Below are positions 54,247-61,700 of a DNA stretch of 64,000 nucleotides, one piece after another. The notes under the pieces were generated by a model. It made no database searches and had not been told where the DNA came from. It saw nothing but the letters and a program-made list of their open reading frames with translations. Location of the stretch: NCBI GenBank assembly GCA_017609605.1, contig JAFCDO010000003.1, forward strand, positions 24,470 through 88,469, in the 5' to 3' direction. The stretch is from Candidatus Parvarchaeota archaeon (GTDB taxonomy: Archaea > Nanobdellota > Nanobdellia > JAAOXT01). The first letter of the stretch is position 1. Every line of letters begins with the position of its first letter. Position numbers and translations under genes: made by a program.

Positions 54247-56784
54247 ATGAGTGAAGATAAGGATTACTTATTGCTTGTTTTATCACTAGTTTTTCTTACA
54301 GTCACTGCAGGAGTTTACTCCATCTCATTGTTTTACACGCTGCTGCCCTGCTTCCTAATACTTCACTTTTACAAGAAAGACTTGTCAATTCTTGAAAAGT
54401 TCTTGTTTTCAGTGCCTTTATCCGCGGTCATGATTTACTGGCCCTACTTTGTTTTGACCAGAGGTTTTCAAATAGTCTTAAAAAGTTATTTCCTATTCGA
54501 GCCTGCCTTGCTGTCAGGGATTATCTTATTATTAAATTTGGAGCAGGTTAAAAAATTCAAGTTTAAATTACCAAGCATTAACGTCAAACCATCGTTTCTT
54601 CTCATAACAGCTTTGTTTTTTGCCGGTTTTTTCGCTGTCCATTTTCCTTTCCTGACTGCGAACGCTAATCCAATGACCCTTGGCGCTAAATGGGTTTACG
54701 AAACTCATGAACTCGTGCTTAGCGTATTGAACGGAGAATTCATTGGTTGGAGCACGAAATGGTACAGTGGGATGACCACGTTTTACTCTTACCCCCCGTT
54801 AAGCTATTTGATTCCTGCGGCGCAGTCAGCGGTAACAGCGTTAACTGCTTGGAAAAATTTGAACGTGAGTCTTTACGTGTTTTCACTTTTGTTCGGGTTA
54901 TCGTTGTACGCTTTTCTCAAGAATTTTAAAATCAGTGAAGAAATATCTCTCACGCTCGCGTTAGTTGGGGTTGTGCTTCCGATAACCGTGAAGGTTTCTG
55001 AGGTCACGAAAACCATAATGGACCAATTCTTTATCTGTTTGTTTTTGCTCGTCCTTTTGCGTTTTTTTAAAAAACCCAGGAAGAACGCATTCCTCCTGTC
55101 AATCACCTTGTTCGCGTGGTTCATGAATTATTATTTCAACGTTTACGTGTTAGTATTCCCTTTGCTCATTTCAATCTTTCTTTTCTTCAAAACTTTTGAG
55201 GACAAGAAAGGCGTGCTTTTTTGGGGTGCGCTGAGCGCAGGAATCGCGATCCTGTTGAGCATGGCTTGGATGCTGCCTTTTTTCTCTTGGCTGGATTACT
55301 TTCCTTTCAAGTATCAGGAAGGTGCTTGGATGAGCATAATGGATTCTCCCACAAAATTTTTTGAAATAGCTGCCAGTCATTTGGATCCTTCAAAAGTTGA
55401 GTACGATATTCCGAGCTTGACAGGTCTGAGCCCTCAGTTCTTTTATTTGGGTTTGGCCAGTGTGATAATCCTTTTTTTGGTGTCTAAGAAGAAGTTGAGC
55501 GAGCAGAATTTTCCTGGAATCCTGTCAATAATCCTGTTAGCTTACATTTTTTTGCAGTTCACCCCGTTCTGGAAGTTTATCCCAAAATATGACATATTGT
55601 TCGGTAGAGTGTACCAGTATTATTTGTTCATTCCTTTATTTGCTTTCAGCATTGGCAGGTTAGTGCAGGATTATTGGGAGAGTCAAGGCGCGCTCAAACA
55701 AGCGATTTTCATAACATTATTTTTAATATTGTTTTCTAACGTGTTCATGTTTTCGTATAACTTGTCAAGGTCTTTCATCGCCGAGTCAGCCATGACGGAT
55801 AGAACCGAGTTCGAACTTCTTTACAACACTCTTGATCAGTACCCTGAAGGCAGGTTCGTCGTGTTCGGAATTTTTGGGCCTGGCATAATCCCTGGAATCA
55901 CTTTTTGGACGGGTAAACCCGCGTTCGCGGGATATGGTTTCGAATCTCACTGCACGCTAAGGGTTTACGAGAACACTATCCTGCCAGTCCAGCAGGCGAG
56001 CAACGACTTTTTGAAACCAAATAACGGGCACTTGGCTTACAACCTTTTCAAAAAAGCAGGGGTTGACATAGTAATCAGTAACGTGTGCTCGCCAATCGGT
56101 CTAGCTTCTTACAAGGTTTTCTACTCTGATTACGTGAGGCAGGGTAATGAGACTTGCGCTAAGGTTTTTCACATGAACGAGACATACTTGGTTGAAAAAC
56201 CTTACTTAACCAAAGTGTTCTCGCCAACAATTGACGGCGAATCCCTGCGAGAAGCAACCATTGAAGGAGTGTTGCAGAGAAAAGGGGGTTACAAGTTCGA
56301 CTTCCTTGTCAACGATTCCCTTCCACTGGAGGATTACGCGTTCGCGCTGAGCGACGGGGTCGTGGACATGGACTTAATGGGTTTTAATGGAACCCTGTTA
56401 TTCACTGGTTTGGAGGAAGACTTTGAAGGTGTTGATTACGCTGACAAGATTTATTTGGGAACAGGTGTTGAAAACTTTGAGGATGTTAACGCCACTCCAA
56501 GAGAAATGTTTTTTCAGGAGAAAAACGATTTATTCGTGGTTCGCAACGTTAAGCCCGGTGATTTAGTTCTTTTCAAGCAAGCTTTTTTCCCTAAATGGCG
56601 CGCTTACCAGTCTGGCAAGGAACTGCCGATTTTAGAAACTTATCAGGGTTACATGCTTGTCAAAGCCAGAACCATCGGAGTGATAACTTTCACGGTCGAA
56701 ACTCATTTCGTCGAGTTCTTGGGAGCACTGCTTTCACTGCTCGGTTTTGCGGGGGTGTTATTGCTTGCAAAAAATAGTTTTTGA
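54247..56784 (+). CDS. large polytopic membrane protein with C-terminal soluble domain (GT-C-like glycosyltransferase candidate)
   Basis: 845 aa. More than 12 hydrophobic helices in the first ~560 aa, then a soluble domain and a final TM helix. I saw no WWDYG (AglB/STT3) motif. Confidence 0.35.
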   Translation: MSEDKDYLLLVLSLVFLTVTAGVYSISLFYTLLPCFLILHFYKKDLSILEKFLFSVPLSAVMIYWPYFVLTRGFQIVLKSYFLFEPALLSGIILLLNLEQVKKFKFKLPSINVKPSFLLITALFFAGFFAVHFPFLTANANPMTLGAKWVYETHELVLSVLNGEFIGWSTKWYSGMTTFYSYPPLSYLIPAAQSAVTALTAWKNLNVSLYVFSLLFGLSLYAFLKNFKISEEISLTLALVGVVLPITVKVSEVTKTIMDQFFICLFLLVLLRFFKKPRKNAFLLSITLFAWFMNYYFNVYVLVFPLLISIFLFFKTFEDKKGVLFWGALSAGIAILLSMAWMLPFFSWLDYFPFKYQEGAWMSIMDSPTKFFEIAASHLDPSKVEYDIPSLTGLSPQFFYLGLASVIILFLVSKKKLSEQNFPGILSIILLAYIFLQFTPFWKFIPKYDILFGRVYQYYLFIPLFAFSIGRLVQDYWESQGALKQAIFITLFLILFSNVFMFSYNLSRSFIAESAMTDRTEFELLYNTLDQYPEGRFVVFGIFGPGIIPGITFWTGKPAFAGYGFESHCTLRVYENTILPVQQASNDFLKPNNGHLAYNLFKKAGVDIVISNVCSPIGLASYKVFYSDYVRQGNETCAKVFHMNETYLVEKPYLTKVFSPTIDGESLREATIEGVLQRKGGYKFDFLVNDSLPLEDYAFALSDGVVDMDLMGFNGTLLFTGLEEDFEGVDYADKIYLGTGVENFEDVNATPREMFFQEKNDLFVVRNVKPGDLVLFKQAFFPKWRAYQSGKELPILETYQGYMLVKARTIGVITFTVETHFVEFLGALLSLLGFAGVLLLAKNSF

Positions 56785-57127
56785 CACAAACTTTCCATTA
56801 TTGCCGTTCACTCTTGGAGTGGACGTTTACTCCGAGATTCAGAGAATAGTGCAAGGCGAGTACAAAATCTTTTTTCCAGACTATTGTTTGGAAGAGCTGA
56901 AAAAAATCAAAGACTCTTCTGTTCCAGCGGCATTATCATTAATGTCCAAGAAAGGAGTGGGTGTAATGACCACTGGTTTGGTTGGGGACGCTGATCCGTT
57001 AATCTTGAAAATGGATAAACAGGATACGGTTGTTTGCACTTCGGATAAGAAGTTAAAACAAGAGCTTTTAAAAAAAGGTTTCAGAGTTATTTTTCCTCGA
57101 GGAAAGAAAAAGCTTGAATTAAGATAG
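56765..57127 (+). CDS. PIN-domain protein (Fcf1/Utp24-like, COG1412-type)
   Basis: KIVFDTNFPLLPF...VVCTSDKKLKQELLKKGFRVI. About 120 aa. Conserved position upstream of rpo7. Start uncertain (TTG at 56765 or track start 56747). Confidence 0.6.
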   Translation: MQKIVFDTNFPLLPFTLGVDVYSEIQRIVQGEYKIFFPDYCLEELKKIKDSSVPAALSLMSKKGVGVMTTGLVGDADPLILKMDKQDTVVCTSDKKLKQELLKKGFRVIFPRGKKKLELR

Positions 57128-57130
57128 CAA

Positions 57131-57145
57131 AGTTTTATAAATATT
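57131..57145 (+). promoter_or_regulatory. TATA-box-like element upstream of rpo7
   Basis: agttttataaatatt lies 22-36 nt upstream of the ATG at 57167. Confidence 0.45.
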
Positions 57146-57166
57146 AATAACGAGTTTTTGGTAAAA

Positions 57167-57721
57167 ATGTATGAAATTGTTTCGATTAAGGATAGGATTC
57201 GCGTTCCACCACACCTTTTCAAAGATAAGTTAGAGGATTCAGTGGAAGGAGCCATTAAAGATGGTTACGAAGGCATTTTTGACAGAAAAATAGGGGTCTT
57301 GCTGTTGAACATAAGTGTTAACAGCATTGGTGAAGGAGTAATCTTACCAGGGGATGGAGCGGTTTATTATGACGCCGAGTTCGACATGTTAGTGTGGAAG
57401 CCAGAATTGCAGGAAATAGTTAAAGGTTTTGTGAGCGAGATAACAGAGTTTGGCGCGTTCATAAGAATAGGTCCTGTTGAGGGAATGGTTCACTTATCTC
57501 AAGTCATGGATGATTTCGTGAGCTATTCAAAAAGCGGGTCCTTGCAAGGCAGGGAATCAAACAGCGTCATAAAAGTGGGCGACCAAGTTGTCGCGCGCAT
57601 CATTGCCATTTCATTTAAGACTAGTGAAACACCAAAAATTGGGTTGACCATGCGACAAAAAGGTCTTGGCAAGCCGGAATGGTGGGTTGAGAAAACCAAG
57701 AAAAAAGGTGATGAAAAATGA
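57167..57721 (+). CDS. rpo7: DNA-directed RNA polymerase subunit Rpo7 (E')
   Basis: MYEIVSIKDRIRVPPHLF, and an S1 domain (VKGFVSEITEFGAFIRIGPVEGMVHLSQV). Confidence 0.9.
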   Translation: MYEIVSIKDRIRVPPHLFKDKLEDSVEGAIKDGYEGIFDRKIGVLLLNISVNSIGEGVILPGDGAVYYDAEFDMLVWKPELQEIVKGFVSEITEFGAFIRIGPVEGMVHLSQVMDDFVSYSKSGSLQGRESNSVIKVGDQVVARIIAISFKTSETPKIGLTMRQKGLGKPEWWVEKTKKKGDEK

Positions 57722-57906
57722 GTGAAAAAGCATGCATTAAATGTCATGTACTTACTGAAACCAAGGAATGCCCTATCTGTAATGGAAGAGATTTCACTGA
57801 CAAGTTCACTGGCGTGGCAATAATTTTTAATCCTGAAAAATCTGAGATTGCTAAAGAACTGAAAGCTGAAAGAAAAGGGGCTTACGCCCTCAGGATAAGA
57901 AAATAA
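57718..57906 (+). CDS. spt4: transcription elongation factor Spt4 (RpoE'')
   Basis: 62 aa zinc ribbon: ACIKCHVLTETKECPICNGRDFTDKFTGVAIIFNPEKSEIA. Confidence 0.9.
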   Translation: MSEKACIKCHVLTETKECPICNGRDFTDKFTGVAIIFNPEKSEIAKELKAERKGAYALRIRK

Positions 57907-57920
57907 AGAGTTAAAAACAA

Positions 57921-58364
57921 ATGGAAAAAAGTAAACCTAAAAAAGAAGAGAAAGAATCTGTCAAGAAAGAAGAGATTCAAAAAGAAGAAGTGAAGACAGA
58001 AGAGACTAGCTCGAAAACAGATGAGAAAAAGAAGTCCAAACCTTTTAAGATTAAGGTTGTTGAGAAGAAGGAGAATAAGCTTTTGGGCAGGGAAGAAGTT
58101 TTTTTCGAAATCAATTTCAAAGAGTCCAGCACTCCTCGAAGAGAGGATGTTAGGAGCAAGCTTATAGCGACAATTAACTCTAAGCCAGGCTTAACAATTA
58201 TACTTCCTCTTAAAACAAGTTTTGGCAGGACTATTGCGTTAGGCGCGGCTCACGTTTATAAGGATGAGAAACAGATGAGGCGAGTCTGTTTGCATTACTT
58301 GTTGGTTCGTTCAGGACTGGCCGAGAAGAAAGCCAAGAAAAAGAAGAAAGGGGTGAAGAAGTAA
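57921..58364 (+). CDS. rps24e: ribosomal protein eS24 with ~45-aa Lys/Glu-rich N-terminal extension
   Basis: Core: [44 protein letters not shown]...[13 protein letters not shown]-terminus: [28 protein letters not shown]... Confidence 0.9.
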   Translation: MEKSKPKKEEKESVKKEEIQKEEVKTEETSSKTDEKKKSKPFKIKVVEKKENKLLGREEVFFEINFKESSTPRREDVRSKLIATINSKPGLTIILPLKTSFGRTIALGAAHVYKDEKQMRRVCLHYLLVRSGLAEKKAKKKKKGVKK

Positions 58365-58366
58365 GA

Positions 58367-58669
58367 ATGGCAGAAGAAGAGCCTACTGTTGAAGCTCCAG
58401 TAAGCGCTGTTAAGAAGAAGGAGGCTAAGGGGAAGAAGATTCGTACGAAGCGCCCGACGAGCAAGAAATGGAGTTTTTATAAGGTTGAGGGTGGTAAGGT
58501 TTCTAAGTCTAGGAAGAGTTGCCCTAAGTGCGGTCAAGCCACTTTCCTCGCGTCGCACAAGAACCGTGAGTCTTGCGGTAAGTGTGGTTACACAGTGTTT
58601 AAGACAAGCCCAAAACCCGAACCGGAGGCAAAACCTGAAAGCACGCCCGAACCAGTGAAGCAGCAATAA
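58367..58669 (+). CDS. rps27ae: ribosomal protein eS31 (S27ae) with N- and C-terminal extensions
   Basis: Zinc ribbon [27 protein letters not shown], preceded by YKVEGGKV. The C-terminal tail is Pro/Glu-rich: [22 protein letters not shown]. Confidence 0.9.
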   Translation: MAEEEPTVEAPVSAVKKKEAKGKKIRTKRPTSKKWSFYKVEGGKVSKSRKSCPKCGQATFLASHKNRESCGKCGYTVFKTSPKPEPEAKPESTPEPVKQQ

Positions 58670-58708
58670 ATCTAAAACTTTTTTAACCCAGAAAAACAAG
58701 ATTTTATC

Positions 58709-61700
58709 ATGCCTAGTGTAACATCTGATGAAAGCGTTGAAGAGATTAAACTGCCACATAATCTCACAACATTTTTTGACAAAGATCTAAAAGAGATAAT
58801 CCTTATTGATAAAAAGAAAATCCCTATTGATGAAGCGTTAATAACGATAACTTCCCCATTAATAGACAGTACGAATCTAGGAAGAATCGTTAGCACCAGA
58901 ATAAAAATGCTATCAGGGGTTGGGGCAGTATCCAAACCAGTAATAAAAAACAATCAAATAACCCTAGAATTTCTGGAACAAGTAAAAGACGTATTAAAGG
59001 AATACAAGCCAAACTTCATGATAAAAGGAGAAACAATTCCTTTCCTCCAAATAGAAGTCAAAAAAAATGATGTCATAATCACTGCAGGAAGCCAGACAAC
59101 TTCCTTCAAAGAGAATGGGGAAGAACTATTATCCTTCGACCAAAGAAACACTGGGCCAAGACTGTTCGACGTAACTCAAACTTCAGGAGAAATAACAGTC
59201 AATCCAAAAAAATTGGAAACAAACAAAGGGCTAGTTGACTTCAAACAAAAAACAAAGGAAAAAAAAACGGAAAGAGAGATATCAGTTGAGAAAACGAAAC
59301 AACGTGAAGAAAAAAAAGGAATTAGCGTCGCGTTGGAGAAAATCAATAGTTTAATCTTAATGTTCAGAAAAGCTCCCGGATTAGAGCTTTTCAAAGAAGT
59401 AATGAATGCTTTAACCGAGAACGCCAATCGAATAGATAAAAAGAATTTATCCCGATTTAATTCACGATTAACTCAAATCATTTCCGCTTGGCTGGAAAAA
59501 GAACAATTAGGTGTGGCAATCCAAATCTTGGATTTATTAATAAAATACAATAAGTTACTAATCGAAAGAAAGTTGGATAACCAAACAGTTAAAACCATTT
59601 TGGGTATAAGGGGAGGAAGGATAACATCTTGGATTCCTAGATTAAGTAAGAATGAAATAAGTTTAGAGCAATTGTCGGATATTATAATAGATTATTTGCT
59701 GGATTCTATAGCTTCAGAACAGACGGGCGGTGAAAAGATTATCGCTCAAACAATTAATATTAACTTCCTAAACACAGCCATTGAGTACGTGGCTTCAAAC
59801 AAAACACCTGAAAACATCGGAATCCTGATGGAACACTTAGGAAAAATAAGGTTTATACCAGACTTTGAATTAGACTCAAAACTCATAAAAGATATCGAAA
59901 ATAGATTGAAAGCATTATCTGGCAAAGAACCAGTTCCTACTCCTTCAGACCCGCATGTTTCGGACAAAAAAATAAAGAAACTAAAAGAGATTTCAGAAGA
60001 GCTTGAAAAATTAAGAGAACACATTCAAAAACTAAAAATATCTAATTTCATATCCAAAAAAGGCATTGCAAAAAAAGGTGAATACGCAAAGATAAAAAAA
60101 GGATTCCAAAAAGCGTGGGAGAAAATAAAAAAACTCTCCAAAGAAGGGCTCGAAGACATGCCAGGACAATACCTTGAATTGTTCGACGAACTATTTGAAA
60201 CACGAAAACAACTTTTGGATAAATCCTACACCATTTATAGAGGCTTACTCGACAATATTTACAAATACTTCAACGAATCGGATTTAAAAAAGATAAAAGA
60301 AGTCAAAGATTACTTCCCCCAACTTCTTCTAAGCGAATCCCAAATGTTAAGCGAGTACGTTGAATTTCTTAAAGAAGAAGGAACAAAGAAAAGTGTTCGT
60401 AAAGGATTTGAGCATTATTACGTTGGAAAAATAGAGTATTACACTAATAATTTAAGAGAGATAAAAAAGTATGTCTCGAACATTCCAGAAATAACCAAAA
60501 AAGAGGATTTTAACGAACTATCCTTTTTAATCACTGAAATAGACACGACATCAAAAAGAATTGAACAACTCATAGAACAACTTATAACTAATTCTAGAGC
60601 AAGTCAACCAAGACCACAACCCCCTTACATTGAAATGTGTTTGGAAAACCTGGAAAGCTTGCTAAGCAGTATCCAAAAAACGATCTTGCAACAAGGAACA
60701 AGACAAATCTTCGAAAAATCCTCAAGAGAATTATCAAGATTGAATAATAAATTATTTGAATTCGTTGAAACATGGCAACTCAATAAAGAAACCAAAAAAA
60801 GAGTTCTTGAACGACTTAACATTTATCAGAAAAAACTTGAAGCTTCCATAGAGCAAACATCAAAAAAGAAGGACCAGACATCTCTAAAAGATCAGTTCTA
60901 CTTGCTTGAAGTCCTTCTTAGAAAATTGATGAAGAAAAACAAAACCAGAATAAAAAAGTTTGAACAAAAACCATTAACTCTCATCCCACCTGCAGAAGAA
61001 CCAGAAGACACTGGCTTGATAAGCGAAGAACCATCAGCAGAAGAGCATGTTTCTCCATCACCAGCTTTGGATTTCAGTAAACTAAACGAACTACTCGGAT
61101 ATATTGCAGCGAACTTAAGCGAGCTATTGAATAATAATTTCATAAAAAAATATGGTTTCAAACCCGAACCTGTCGAAGAAGCGATAAAATACGCGAATCA
61201 AATCATTGAAGCAGTAGAAAAATATTCTCCAGACAAGCTAAAACCAAAATTGCAAGAAAACTACAATAGCTTTGTAAAATCTTTGACAGGTGTTCATGAT
61301 GAATTACTGCTCATTTACTCAAAAGAAAAAAAAGGGCAAGAACTGTTCCAACTAAAAGAAGTAGGATTTGTTCTGCAAGATATCAATAATTTGAAAACAA
61401 CTCTTTTTGCAGACCAAAAAGTGACTCAAGAAAAAATAGACAACATTGTTGTAGGATTGAACAATTTATTCTTTCACTTGGACCAATTCACGAATAAACT
61501 GAACGATATTATTTTGCAACCAAAACCTTTAACACCAGAAATCCCTCTAAAAAAAGAAGAAAAAACCCTACCCCTTCCTCCAACTCGTAAACCATTTAAT
61601 TGGAACGAACTCTTACAAGAACTAAATAAGGTAGGAACTGTTTTAACCGGAATAAAAAATTCAGATACAGAAAAGGTGTTAGGGTTATCTGGACTGCAAG

